Virus record (IMG/VR): IMGVR_UViG_3300008110_000030
Span: 150,618-214,617 of that record
DNA: 64,000 nucleotides
Reading direction: 5' to 3' (one strand)
Numbering within the stretch: the first letter of the stretch is position 1; every line of letters starts with the position of its first letter. Positions 1-12,900 of the stretch are shown one piece after another. Made by a program: the position numbers and the translations under genes. Under the pieces are notes generated by a model, which worked only from the letters and a program-made list of their open reading frames with translations, did not search any database and was not told the DNA's origin.

Positions 1-1014
1 CGTTTCACCTACAACAGTTAAACTGCCTTCTATAGTAACATCTCCGTTGACGTTCATCTGTGGAGTGTCACCTGGCAATGTTTTCCAAGTGTCATCTGGA
101 TAGATATTGATTGATTTATTGGTTGGATCAACCATTAATGAATTTTGAAATCCATTAGATGTTCGAGTTTGTATTGTAAACTTATTGTTAACACCGTTAT
201 TGGTTAGATAAGTGTGATAGTTATTACTTTCTGGCTCTATATATAAAGCTATTCCAGTGTCTGTTGCTGAAATAATTAAACCATTAAGACTTGTTAGTGT
301 TAGACTTCCGTCAATACTAGAATTTTTATCACTTCTAACAAATTTAGAAGATATTAAGTTGCCATCAACTGGATCAATTAGTGCAGTTGCTGACTGTGAA
401 GGTGCATTTATGTTATTATCAACTACACTAGTGCTAAATGAAAGTCCTGCTTTGAGCTCACCAACACCGATAGTAAATCCTGCGATTGCAATTAAAGGTA
501 TGAATGAGCTAGGATTCAATATGGCCATTTTTATGTTTGACACATACATCACTGCTACTACTCTAGAATTTCCTCTAGTATCAATAATTTCTTCTACTAT
601 CCATCCTGTTTTTCCTTGACTTGATGTATAAATTGGTCCTGCCGTTACTAGATTAGAGCCGTCAAAAAACTTTAGTTGTTGACTAGCATTATCAATCCAT
701 AGGTCACCTTCAACTAAATTAGCAGGTCTACTAGTGCTAACAAAAGGACTACCAACTGGTCTCCAATTTGTTCCATCAAAAACGTTTAACTTACTTGTGT
801 TAGAGTTAAACCACAACTGACCTTTAATTTGATTATTTGGTGGGCTTGAATTTGAAAAATTTTCTAATAGATATACAAGATTAGAATTATAAATCTCACC
901 AATACCTTTAAAATTCTTACCAATTAATTTTAAAGAGGTACTAGAATTATCAACTGTTCCGTCTGTTACAGTTGCTACTATATTACCGTCTGTTTTTTTT
1001 ATTACGTATGGCAT
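1..1014 (-). CDS. Tail fibre/baseplate-attached protein, 3'-truncated by the window edge; paralog of 1024..3273
   Basis: Not in the ORF track. Manual translation from ATG at 1014 gives MPYVIKKTDGNIVATVTDGTVDNSSTSLKLIGKNFKGIGEIYNSNLVYLLENFS...GQLWFN...EGDLWID, open to position 1. The N-terminus aligns with the 749-aa protein (STSLSLVGRNY...HLLENFA...GQLWYN...GDLWVD). Confidence 0.8.
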   Translation of the reverse strand, partial: MPYVIKKTDGNIVATVTDGTVDNSSTSLKLIGKNFKGIGEIYNSNLVYLLENFSNSSPPNNQIKGQLWFNSNTSKLNVFDGTNWRPVGSPFVSTSRPANLVEGDLWIDNASQQLKFFDGSNLVTAGPIYTSSQGKTGWIVEEIIDTRGNSRVVAVMYVSNIKMAILNPSSFIPLIAIAGFTIGVGELKAGLSFSTSVVDNNINAPSQSATALIDPVDGNLISSKFVRSDKNSSIDGSLTLTSLNGLIISATDTGIALYIEPESNNYHTYLTNNGVNNKFTIQTRTSNGFQNSLMVDPTNKSINIYPDDTWKTLPGDTPQMNVNGDVTIEGSLTVVGET

Positions 1015-1023
1015 CGTCTATCC

Positions 1024-3273
1024 TTAACCTATTTGAGATGAACCAACACCCGCCCTAATAATATAGTTAATTGTTAAGTATGGGTTAGTGATAGGAATAT
1101 TAAAGTTCCTGTTTAAAGTTTGTCCTGATCCTGGTGAAAATTGAATTTGATCTGATCCAGATGAAAATGTATTCAATGTATGTTGACTTGATCCACCTTC
1201 TCCACCATTTGAAGATGCTGTAAAGTTTCCAGTTCTATTTGCAATTCTATCTGTAGAATTTAGTGGAACACTTTCTCTCAACACCACTAGTGTAAATGTT
1301 AGTGTGGCATTAGCATTGGCAGTAATTTGATTGTTTAAAATTACTGTATTTGAATTTGGAATACTCGTAACTATTGTTCCTGGGGCAATGCTTGTATCAG
1401 TACTTGTCACTTGCATACCAATTGAAATATTATCAGTGTTAGAAACCGTAACTGATGTTTGGGTAGTTTGTCCAACAACCACTGTCTTTTGTACTACAGA
1501 ATTAGCAAATGAGTTTGCCATACCAACGTTGCCAAGAGGGAATCTGCCTCGTAAGTCAGGAAGTCTAAAGTACGTTCCGCCAGCGCCGCTACCGTAGGTA
1601 GTTCCAATAGTTTGATAAAGAGTAGGGTATTCTGTTCTACTAACTAATGCACCGTCGCATAGTAAGTATCCTAAAGGAACTGCGGTTGCCGCAAACGGAA
1701 AAATACTTCCAATTGGAACAAATGCTTCGCCTAATAAGAAACTTGTACGTGTCACTCTACGCAATCCAACGTTAGATCTATGTATTAAGATAGTGTCGTC
1801 TGTTCTGTTGTCTAATACTTCTGGTTTTCCTCTAATTGCAGAGTCAGCAAGTGTAGCACCAATTGTTAGTGTTCCGCCTGTTCCGTTGAAGCTTACAGGA
1901 GCAGGACTTGTTAAGTCGCCACCAAGTTGAAAATTCGTTGATGCCGCTAAAGAGCTGGCTGCACCAATTACTGTACCAGTAACTGTACCTGTGAACGCAC
2001 CGCTAAATGCACCGCTAAATGTGTTTGCATATATAGTTTTAAATCTATTAGTAGGTGTACCAATATCATAGAGATTATTTGCTTGCGGTATAATTGCTGG
2101 ACCAGTAATTGTTCCACCAAATTCATCTAACTCACCTACACGCAAGTGTCCGCTGGAAGTAATATTTTTACCAACATATAAATTTTTTGCAATACCAGCG
2201 CCGCCTCTAATTTGTAAGGAGCCGCTGGTAGCACTTGTACTATCCAATATGCCAGTTGTAATTAAATGTCCACTAATGAATGCATCACCATTAACATCCA
2301 ATTCTGCATTTGGTAACGGGTGATTAATACCAACTCGTTTGTTCTTTCCGTCAATTTTTAAAATGACGTTGTTAGATCCTTGATATGCAATTACCATATC
2401 AATTGAGCCGCCGTCTGAAGTATTCTTAATTACTCCAGCTCCTTGAACAACTGCTAAACTTAAATTATTTGCAGTTCCAATTGTAACTCCTGCATCATTT
2501 AATATAGATTGTTGGCCATAAAATAAGTTTGACGTATCTCTTCGAGCAAAATTATCAGCTGACACTGTTTCTAAACTTGGTGTTAGAACGTTTAATGCGT
2601 CTGCTGAAGTTGATGTTCCATGAATTTTTGCACCTGTTGTAGGTGTTATAGTGTCTCCAGGACCTATAAATTTTTTGCTAGTAATATTGATACCAGGATT
2701 TAATTGATTAAATCCTTCAATTGTTTTTTGCGGAATAAAACTTTCAGTTGCAATAATTTTTATAGCACTATCATTGTTGTATTCAATAGTTACAAAATGT
2801 TCAACTCCTGAACTATCTAATATAGCTTCAACGTACACTCCAGATTTTTTACCTGACAGTGCTGATGGACCAACTAGTACCCAATCTGTACCGTTGTACA
2901 AGTTTAATTGTTGAGTTAATGTGTCAACCCAAAGATCACCTAATAGTGCATTAGTTGGTCTACCTAGAGTAGGGGCAACGTGAGTTCCCCCTGCAGGTCT
3001 CCAATTATTTGTGCCACCTGTGGAGTCGTTAATATACAATCTTTTAGTACTGTTGTTATACCATAGCTGACCTTCAATACTGTTACTAGGGGACAGTGGG
3101 CTAGCAAAATTTTCTAAAAGATGTACAAAATTCTTTGCAACAGCAACGCCATAATTAGAATAATTTCTACCAACAAGACTTAGACTGGTACTGGTATTAT
3201 TTTCAGTTAAATCATTAACTGTTATAGGATTAGAACTCTTCCCTGGATCACTAAAAGAAATTGAATACGGCAT
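1024..3273 (-). CDS. Short tail fibre with phage tail collar domain
   Basis: Tail-collar motif VPIGSIFPFAATAVPLGYLLCDGALVSRTEYPTLYQTIGTTYG...FRLPDLRGRFPLG, closing PYLTINYIIRA; G/T/S-rich fibre segments. Confidence 0.85.
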   Translation of the reverse strand: MPYSISFSDPGKSSNPITVNDLTENNTSTSLSLVGRNYSNYGVAVAKNFVHLLENFASPLSPSNSIEGQLWYNNSTKRLYINDSTGGTNNWRPAGGTHVAPTLGRPTNALLGDLWVDTLTQQLNLYNGTDWVLVGPSALSGKKSGVYVEAILDSSGVEHFVTIEYNNDSAIKIIATESFIPQKTIEGFNQLNPGINITSKKFIGPGDTITPTTGAKIHGTSTSADALNVLTPSLETVSADNFARRDTSNLFYGQQSILNDAGVTIGTANNLSLAVVQGAGVIKNTSDGGSIDMVIAYQGSNNVILKIDGKNKRVGINHPLPNAELDVNGDAFISGHLITTGILDSTSATSGSLQIRGGAGIAKNLYVGKNITSSGHLRVGELDEFGGTITGPAIIPQANNLYDIGTPTNRFKTIYANTFSGAFSGAFTGTVTGTVIGAASSLAASTNFQLGGDLTSPAPVSFNGTGGTLTIGATLADSAIRGKPEVLDNRTDDTILIHRSNVGLRRVTRTSFLLGEAFVPIGSIFPFAATAVPLGYLLCDGALVSRTEYPTLYQTIGTTYGSGAGGTYFRLPDLRGRFPLGNVGMANSFANSVVQKTVVVGQTTQTSVTVSNTDNISIGMQVTSTDTSIAPGTIVTSIPNSNTVILNNQITANANATLTFTLVVLRESVPLNSTDRIANRTGNFTASSNGGEGGSSQHTLNTFSSGSDQIQFSPGSGQTLNRNFNIPITNPYLTINYIIRAGVGSSQIG

Positions 3274-3274
3274 C

Positions 3275-3949
3275 TTATGTCTCGCTAAATGTTGTTAGTG
3301 TCTGAATTCTAACTGTATAATCAATTTGAATCAACCTATTCAGACTCTTTTGAACTGGGTGAAAAATAACATGAGTTAATAATCTACCGTTTCCAGCGAT
3401 CCCATCTTCGCTACTGGCTCTAAGACCAATTTCATCAAATACGAAATCACTGTTCATATCTTGTGCGTTATCATAAGCGGCTTGTCCGTTAGGCTCGCCG
3501 TAATCTAATAATACACTACAAAAAATGTCAGTATAAACTGTTCCACGTACATGACGGATTTCTAAGAAATTTCTAGTAGGATCAATATTTGACAAGTTTT
3601 TTGGATCAATAATCTTATAATATGTTTGGCTATAAAGCCCTGAATTTACCCCTATATTATTAGGAGTAAGATATGTTATAAGACCATTAGGATCTACAGT
3701 GCTACCACCGTTACCAAAACTCATGCCTTCAATAATTCCATAGCCTTGATTTGCTAGACTAGCGGCAAGAGCAACACTCATATTTTCATAGTGAATAGCA
3801 TTTCTTTTGTCCTCAAATACTTCATTTGTTTCAGGATCAAAAATTTTAATATGACCTTCAATATGGAAGCCTGCATTTTCTTTTATGCCTGATTCTTGAG
3901 CATTTTCTTGGGTATTTTCGTTCATTTCCTCAACCTTATTATTTTCCAT
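3275..3949 (-). CDS. Putative baseplate structural protein (gp8-like position)
   Basis: 224-aa beta-rich ORF between the giant wedge-region protein and the fibres, with its own late-promoter motif. Function is inferred from position only. Confidence 0.5.
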   Translation of the reverse strand: MENNKVEEMNENTQENAQESGIKENAGFHIEGHIKIFDPETNEVFEDKRNAIHYENMSVALAASLANQGYGIIEGMSFGNGGSTVDPNGLITYLTPNNIGVNSGLYSQTYYKIIDPKNLSNIDPTRNFLEIRHVRGTVYTDIFCSVLLDYGEPNGQAAYDNAQDMNSDFVFDEIGLRASSEDGIAGNGRLLTHVIFHPVQKSLNRLIQIDYTVRIQTLTTFSET

Positions 3950-3954
3950 AGTAA

Positions 3955-3962
3955 TATTTATC
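3955..3962 (-). promoter_or_regulatory. Late promoter motif GATAAATA
   Basis: Resembles the T4 late consensus TATAAATA; intergenic, 5 nt upstream of ATG 3949; a gp55 homolog is encoded in the window. Confidence 0.65.
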
Positions 3963-3972
3963 CAGTGCTTAA

Positions 3973-6900
3973 TTAAGACAGTTTGCCATAGTAATACTTA
4001 TCGGGCAACTCTGCTGTGAACTCTTGCAGGAATCTAGCCTGTGGAGTCGACTCTTGTTGTATTGTAGTTGTTCCGCCAAGGGTATACCAAATTTTACCAA
4101 TTTTTTGTACTACTTTGATGTCAACATTTGATATCACTGTAGAATCATCGGCCAAGTTTAGCACACTAGGATTTACCGTTAGCACATAGTTATTACCAAC
4201 TTTTGTAATGGTAAAATCTGGCGCAACTATTAAATCTCCAGTTTGATTTTGGCTGTTCACTTCGTTCGAATTATGAGTAATGCTAAAATCATGTCTGATC
4301 AGCTGGTTAGTTCCTCTAACTGGTTTAGTTAGAATCTTGCCTGCCATGTAGACCGTTACTTGATCTTCAAGACCAATCGCTTCATTGAAGCTGAAATCAG
4401 TTAAAGTATAAGAAGCTACTGTGGTTACGTTTACCCAATTACCGTTTACATATTGCTGATATCTGTTGGTAGTTTGATTAAATTTGTAATTTTCAGGAGT
4501 TTTATACGTTTTTATAGTATATCCTTCTCTGTAAGGGATAGTTTCATTATTTCCAACGTTGAATACTTTTGTCCCAATAGGATAGCTATCAGCTACCCCT
4601 GTTCCAAGTGTTCCTCGAGTTAGATTTGTTAGTTTATTACCAACAATAGATCTGAATTCAATTCTTTCTCCAGCAACAAAGATTGAGCTAGGTTTTGGAT
4701 TATTAACATTAACCACACCAAATATACTTGTATCGCTGACTTCAATTTCTCTATCAGTTGATAAGAGAGCCTTTGTTAAAGTCACTGTGCTGTTCTTTGA
4801 TAATCTCTTAAATTGTACAGCGTTAGTCATATCTTTGAACATTCTATAAGAAACTGCTTCGCTTGATACAATGTCACTAATGCTTGTCACAACAACCCTG
4901 TCATTGTTTCCTAAATTAAATCTGTTTGATATTTGTATGTAGTCACGATCAACCACTTGATAATCGTAATTTGGAATTAGTGGACGGCCGTTAACATCGA
5001 CCCAAACGTTATTAATGTTATAAACAGGTCTGCTAAGTTTATATTCATTCCTATTAGGATTAGTTTTGAATACTTCTCTTCTAATTAAATTCTCATCATG
5101 ATTTGTATAGGTAACTACAGATACTCTTTGACCAGCTTGTATTTTAGAAGGAGATCTAAATGTTATTTGATTTCCAAAAATTACATAGTCTGAATCACGC
5201 AGTATACATACTGCAATTACATCGCCCACTTGTGCAACTCCTGAGCTCATTGTAACTGTGTTATCAATTGTATCAAATTCGTAATCTCGTCCCACTACTA
5301 TGATTTTTCCGTTCTTATATACTTCAATATCAGATATTGATAACGTTCTTGTCAAGTAAGGAATATTTTCACCTAGTCTAAATGTTTGAGAGTTTTGTGT
5401 AACTTCATAATATTCAGTTTCAGGCGGCATCATTCTTTGCGTTGGAGCAAGACCCCAATAAATTCTAGCTGTATCTTCATCAGGACGGTTAGTAATATGC
5501 GCACCCCAATATACAATATTATCAGGAGTTAATGTTGTTGTATTTGAAGTGTGTGTAACTTTACAAATATAATATTGACCACTGAAAGAAACAATGTCAT
5601 TAACGTCATAAGAAGTTGTGCTTGCCCATGCTGAGAATTCTAAGTTTGAATTAGTTTGCGTACTCGTATGTCCAATTTTACAAATATAGGAAACATTGTT
5701 GTACAAAACAGTGTCATTTATTACATAGTAGACATTTTCTTCCCAAGGACCTTTCCAGTCTTCTGTAGAAGAAGTTAGTCTAGTTACTGCTGCCATAACG
5801 TGTAATGGCGCAATGTTGCCAGGTGGCTTCGTTAGAGTATATGTTGTATTATTATCAATTACGATTTCTTGATTATAAATTTCACTATAAGTTTTAACTG
5901 TAGATCCAAATAACAATATGTTGATCACTGTTCCTGCTGTTAAAGTAGGCGTGTTAGTGATAATAATCTTAGCACGTTTTGATCTACCTGCTACTTTTGT
6001 TAAAGAACTAGTATTTGAAATTGAAATATAATAGCTACCAATATCTTGATAATTAACTTCTGATAATATTTCAAAAGAACTTGCGCCTGCATTTGCACTA
6101 GTCACAGTGTAACTAAATCTACTTAAAATACTATTTCCACCAATTGTTGTCTTTTGAACTGTAAGAGCAAGTGTATTAGTGGTTGACAGCTGGTCAACTC
6201 CATATTCAGTAGTAATAATTTCAACAGTGGTTGTTCCATTACTGTTTGCTGTTAATGTGTAATCAGTATTTTCTTTAGCAACAAAGTTACCAATTAAAAC
6301 AAATATTTCTTGCCCGCTACCAATTGTATCTTGGATCACAAATTGCATTGTAGACCCATCCATTATAAACTGTTTAGTAGAAATCAAATTACTGCCAGCA
6401 CCAGGACTGTTAAACACTGTCATTGACAACGTGTCAAAAATCTCACCTTTGACTAATTCTTCTGTTGAAGGGCTGTGTTCAACAGATAAAAATTCGCCAC
6501 CGTCTAGACTAATATCAGTTGCACTTAGTCCAGTTGCAGTTCTAAATCGTATTTCACCCGCATCTGAAATTGTTGAGAAATCACCGCCTGTAATATTTGT
6601 ATCAAGAACGATATCATCAGTTGGTAGGTTTACTCCGTCACTTAATTCTTGACGTATTTCAATTTTTGTACCAGTAACTGGAACTTGTGGAAGAGTCAAT
6701 GTACTAGTAGATCCGTTAGTTGTAATCGTATTGAACAATGCGTCATTGTTAGTTTGATTTACAGTACCATAGTTTTCATCATCAACTCTAACGCCGTCAA
6801 AATAAACGTTAATTTTTGTTCCTAATAAAGGAGTATACCCTAATTCATATGTAGATGTAGTTCCGTTTGAAATTACTAACAAGTCTTTGTAGCTATTGAC

Positions 6901-9900
6901 AAACGTATCCCATCCTTGTGTGAACCAAGGTAGGCCGTCCCAACCTGAACTAACTGAGAAGTTAAGTCCTTGTATTTCAACTCCACCAAACTCCACACCC
7001 TTTATTAGTTGGGTGACATCTTTTCCTGGCATATTTGCAGTTGGGTAGTAACTGGTAATAATTCTATCAACTGCATTTTGTATGTTAATATTTTTAGCAT
7101 ACTGAACTGTAATTGTTGATCCCGGAGTTGGTATGTTTTTAAAGTTAATGTATCCAACATACTTTGTAAATCCAGTTTCAACAACTTGTCTTAGTTGAAT
7201 CAAATAGTCGCTAGTTATGATTTCTGAACCAGTATTGGTACTTGAATTTAATTCACGTACAATGATTTTATCAGTATCTAACTCTGGAGGGAAAGTTAAT
7301 TTGAACGTGTCAGTATAGCTTTCTCCAGAAGATTGAGTAAACGTATCAACAGTATACAATGTGTTTTTAATATATTGTATTCTTAAATTCTGTCTTGCAG
7401 GCAGTGCAAGATTAAATGTAATCACTGTTGACAAATCATTTCTAAAAGTTATTCTGTAATTATCAGCACTAATTTCTGCATCATTTAAAAACAACTTAAT
7501 AGTTGATTCATCCTGTAATGCAGGATAGTTTGTGTCTGTACTAGTAGATGGATAAGCCAATACATAATTTAATGTTATTCCATCTGTGTCAAGATTTCTG
7601 TTAAGAATTTCCCCAGTGTATAGACCTTTATCTGAAGTTCTATCAAACTTCATCTGTATTTGATTAGTTCTTACCTTGCTGTTTGATAACACAGCATACG
7701 CAGAACCATTTACAAAATTTGTTAAGTAGTTTGATCCGCCAGTTAAAATAACTCTAGGAGTTGTTAAATATCCGCTTCCAGGATTTGTAACAATGATGCT
7801 TGATAGTTTTCCATTACTAATTTTAGCAATTGCTGTAGCACCAGTACCAGTGTCGCCACTAACAGGCACAATTGTAACTATTGGAGGAGTTATATAATTT
7901 TCTCCAGCCAATCCAACTCTAATATCTGATACAGTAAATCCATAATTTTCACCCCAGTGCTTGTATGGATAAACATTGTTAATCATAGAGCTAGTTGGCA
8001 ATTTAATCTTACCAGTTACACTATCAACATACGCAGGCAAATCAAAATCAGTTACGCCTACACCCATCTTTTCAGTAGTGTTATAGCTAACTGTTGATTC
8101 TCTAAATTTAGATTTATATGGTTTAATTTCTTTAATAAAATCTTCAACGTAGCTGAAGTCATTAAAACGATAAACATCATCTTGATCTAGTGTGCCGGCA
8201 TCCACAAGAGGTGTAATAAAACTAGTCTTGTATACCCAATCTACAAACAACTGCTCACTTAAAACATGTCTTACAGCAACAAATACAAACTTTTTCCAAT
8301 AGGACGCTAGGTCACCTGTAAAAATATTGTCTTTAATTGCATTCAAAATAATACGTAATTCAGTAGTATTTGTTTCATCAAATCCACCTTGGTCATATCT
8401 AGTTACGTTGTCAAATCCAAGTCCGGCAGCGGCCTTATCATACAACTTGTTGTTAAATTGTACAGTTCCGTTTTCTCTAAACACTAGATCATAGTCATCA
8501 AGATAATTGCCAATACCTGGTGCTGTCTTACGTAGAATAATTTTTCTACCGTCTCCTGGTGTTCTAATTTCAACTGTTGACCCTGTTTCAAAAATAAACG
8601 ATTCTAAATCTGAAATAAAATTAATTGCGTATGTGGCAGGAACATCAACTGCATAAGAGGGATCAACCCAATCAATATAACTCCAGTATTTGGGTACATT
8701 AACTGTTTGCGTAGACTCTCTAACAAATGCTTTGTTTTTGTATTGATAGATTGCCCACTTGTCAATTTCTGTATCAAGTATAGTTAATACTGCGTATGGT
8801 CGAGCTATTAATTTTGGTATTTGAGTATATCCATAACCTTGATTTACAATTCTAACAGAAACAACACGGCCATTTAAGTCAATAGCAGTTTGTATTGTTG
8901 CTCCTTGCCCATCACCATAAATTCTAACTGTAGGGGCAACTTTATAACCATTACCAGGGTCGTCAATGTTTACGCTAACAATCCTACCGTTGATTACTTC
9001 AGCACTTAATTTAGTTTGTGCTTTTCCGTTGGTGCCTATCAGTGATATTTCATCACTTAATTCAATGACTTCATCATAATGTCCTAAACTAATAGACGGG
9101 TAATCTTCAACTTCTTCTAAACTGGTTATATTAGACTTGCCAACAATATCATGTTTACGTAACACTTCATTGACATACTCAATCATAATTTTTAATGCCA
9201 AGTCTCTATCTTTAAACCAAGACTGTCTTGGTCTATATGAAGTACCGTAACGTAATTTTGGAGACAATGTTGGATCAGGTACTGGATTTCCAGCAACATC
9301 TTGACCAACAAGACTATCAATAAGTTTATTTTCAATGCTAGGATCTAAATTTAAATAGGTAACATTTTCATTCACTAGCTGCCAATGACTGTGACGATTA
9401 ATTTCTTTTTCAGATGTTTGATAGTACACATCAATATTAATTTTATCACCATTCAAAGACTTTTTAGCATTGGTTAAACTCAGTGAGTTTGTTGCTAAGA
9501 AGCTAGCAAATTTAATACCTTGACCTTTAGGATCCTCAATTATTCTTGCACAATCAAAAGAACTTAAATTTCTAAATGCTAAATCTGGAAGAGTAATTTT
9601 GTTTCTGACCCAAAAGTAATAAACGTTAACAAAGTCATTGACAACAGGATCATAGTATTGATTAATTGAAAGGACCGTATTATCTGGATTTAGTGGCTGA
9701 CCACTTACTCCTAATGCTAATCCATCAGTGGTGTCAGCTAACTGTGCCCACTCGCTTGGTCTAAAATCACTCTTAACCCATTCGTATACATCAACAGTTG
9801 ATCCTGGGAACAACTTGCCCCAGTTGTTTGCTCTAAACTCATTATTTCCTTGTTCATACCAAACAAATCTTAAGGTGCTAGTATCAAGCCAAACCTCACC

Positions 9901-12900
9901 AACATGGTCGTCTAACCAAGTTGTTTTATTATCAACTCTTACTTTTGCTGAAGTTTCTAATGCAACAGTATAAACTGCTGGGTCGAATGGTTGAATGTAT
10001 TTGATTTCATTCAATACCTTAGATGGCAACTTACCTTTTATTGGATCGTAAATTTCGTAATGATCAATAATTTCTAATGTACTGTTGTTATAGCTGATAA
10101 CTTTTTTAATTTTATCAACATCAATTATTGCTTCCTGCACTCTAACTTTTGACCATGACCAAGAAGAGCCGCAGCCACATGCCTGATCTATATCACGCTT
10201 TTTGTCAAAAATTACAACCGTTCCAGAATCTGTATATGTTGTCAACTGATTAGAATCTTCTAAAGTTCCAATAACTTTTAAATCATATTTTGGTGCGCCA
10301 ACAAGCATGAACTCACCGTCTGTTGCAATTCCAGTACCATATCCGTCAAAGGACGCACTGTCGCCACTAATTAACGATTCACCAAAAACATATTTGTTTC
10401 CTAATTTTTGATACAAATAAACTGCTCCACTAGATTGTGCTTTGCTTACAAATCTAGTGCTGCCAGTATCAAATGTTGTTCTTAAGGGCGCAGCCGCAGA
10501 TGTTGGGTTCAATACATATTCTGATCCATATCTTTGTGCAGAGTCAGTATATCGTTCAGTGTAAGTGTCAAATGCAACAGGTGTTGCTTGACCACCGCCA
10601 ATAGCAGTGACTAATAATGTTTTACCGTCATCACTTAACGCTAGATTACTTCCAAATAGTTCGCCTGTTTCAGTTGCTGGTGAAGTAATTTTTTGATCCA
10701 AGGCGTATGAAGCGTTTGTTTGTAATTTTAATACATAGACCAAACCTGCATCTAATTTCTCTGTAGAAGAATGATCGCTAGATATTAGTAGTGCTGTGCC
10801 ATCTGCTGACATAGCTAGTTTGTCACCAAATCTATCGTTTCTAATTGTACCTTGACCTGTGATAGTAATAGTTGTTGTAGCAGTTTCGTCTGTTAGTGAA
10901 CGCAATGGTTTAAATGCCATACGTAATACACTCAATTCACTGATTACAAATTCTCCACTATTACCTGCATTTGTTGATCCAGCAATAATAACAGATTGTC
11001 CAATTCTAAAACCATCTGCAATAAAACTTCCATTGTTTCTAACTATTGAATTATCTGATGCTTGGAATGAAATAATTTGCGCAATAGTGTTGTAGGATTT
11101 TATTACCCCTTTTAACAACAAGTCATTTGATTCTAAATAGTCATCTGCATATATTGTTTGTGTTAATTGATAGCTGTAAGAACCTGGATCTTTTCTAAAA
11201 ATAAACACTGCACCTGAGTGAACTTGTGTTCTATCTTTTAAGTGTCCAGGTGCTGATACTGCCAACACTGTTCCATTTTTATTAGATACAATGTCACTAC
11301 CAAAGTTAGACTTTGAATTTACATCAGTGACTGCAGAGCGTAGATTGTATGGATTTCCGCCAACAGTATACACTTGCCACACATTGCTACTGTCCAAATA
11401 ATAAACAAATATTGCGCCAATGCCGCCATCTTGTCCTGGTGATGATACCAATAAGGTTGGTTTGTCAGATCCTACAAATTTTACTTTGTGACCAAAGTTT
11501 GCACCTTCTTGTGCTATAGGACTAGCTAAAACAACTTCAGTTCTATACTCATCAAGATCATTATTAAATTTAACAATCTTAATTGCACCCTCGTCAAACA
11601 ACTCGGACGAAGACTTATTAAAGTCTAAAACTTTTTTAATTGGATCTAATGCCTGACCTAAAACTTTCCATTTTGCATTAGAAGAATTTGGAGCTCCTGA
11701 AACAATATATCGTATAGTAAGAGATGTATTTTCCCAGCAATCTAAACTTGCCCCGTGGAGTCTTTGTATTTCTGGTATTGCAACTCCATTTTTTACATCT
11801 TGTATAGTTAATATATCACTGAAGTTTTCTTCTAACAAATAGCTTTGATGTAAGATAACATCTTCAGATCCAAGTGCGTTTCTTTCATATACATACACTC
11901 TGCCACGTTCTAATTCTGTAGCAGAAACAATAATATTTTTAGACACTGGAGCAATTATTGTAGTATTACCAAATTTTTGTCCAGACTGATTAATTCTTGG
12001 TCGTATTGGTAATGCTTTTGTGTTTGCTTCTTTTTCTAAAACTGCCCATGTGCCGTCACCAACATTATCAACCCAAACAAACTCGCAATTTTGCCATCTT
12101 GCAAGTCCTGGAATAGATGCTAAATCATCTAGGTTAGCAAATCTTGATGAAGCAAAATAATACATTGACCCGTTTAGTATTTCACCAGCAGTTGGTATAT
12201 CGTTAAATGCTGTTTTGACTACAAATGTTGTTCCATCAGGAATACCTAATACTTCGTAAACACCATTTAGTGGATCATCTAGTCTAGAAATTGATACAAA
12301 ATCACGCAATTTTAGTTTATGCGCAACGTCAGTATTAAAACTGATTAAATTATTTGCGTTATCAACTGTATAATTAATAATTGTCACAGGGGACAGCGTG
12401 TATCTTTTAACTCCCCAATTTCCTGAATTATCAATTGCTAACCAAACAGTATCACCTTCTCTCAAAGAAGCAGAAGAAGACAATGTTAGTATGTTGTTTT
12501 CATATAATCCAGTGAATACAACATCATCTAATCTTACATAGCCCGCAGTTGGTATTTTTTGATATTGGCTGTATCCATTACCATTAACTGGAGATACATC
12601 AAGAGTTGGCCAAGGTTGTCCATTATAATCAGCTGGACGAATCTGCATATCAGATAATGAAACTTTGTATGCTTTATCTAAAGATGACTTTAGATTGTTA
12701 TATTCAAATTCAAAGATTTGAGGATCTTGATTAATTTTATTTTGGTCTAGAGTAAATTCTATTTCTTCATAAGAATTTTCTCCACCAAATGTTCCTAATC
12801 TAATAGCCCACTCTTCTTGTAAACTAATATGTGCGCCTGTTGCAGTATTATTAGCAACTGCAAACTTCTCTAATGGAAGTGTAGTTCCTTTTTCTCTAAT

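Noticed and set aside
1997-2020. 12-bp tandem repeat GCACCGCTAAAT x2
   Set aside because: In-frame FSGA peptide repeat typical of fibre shafts.
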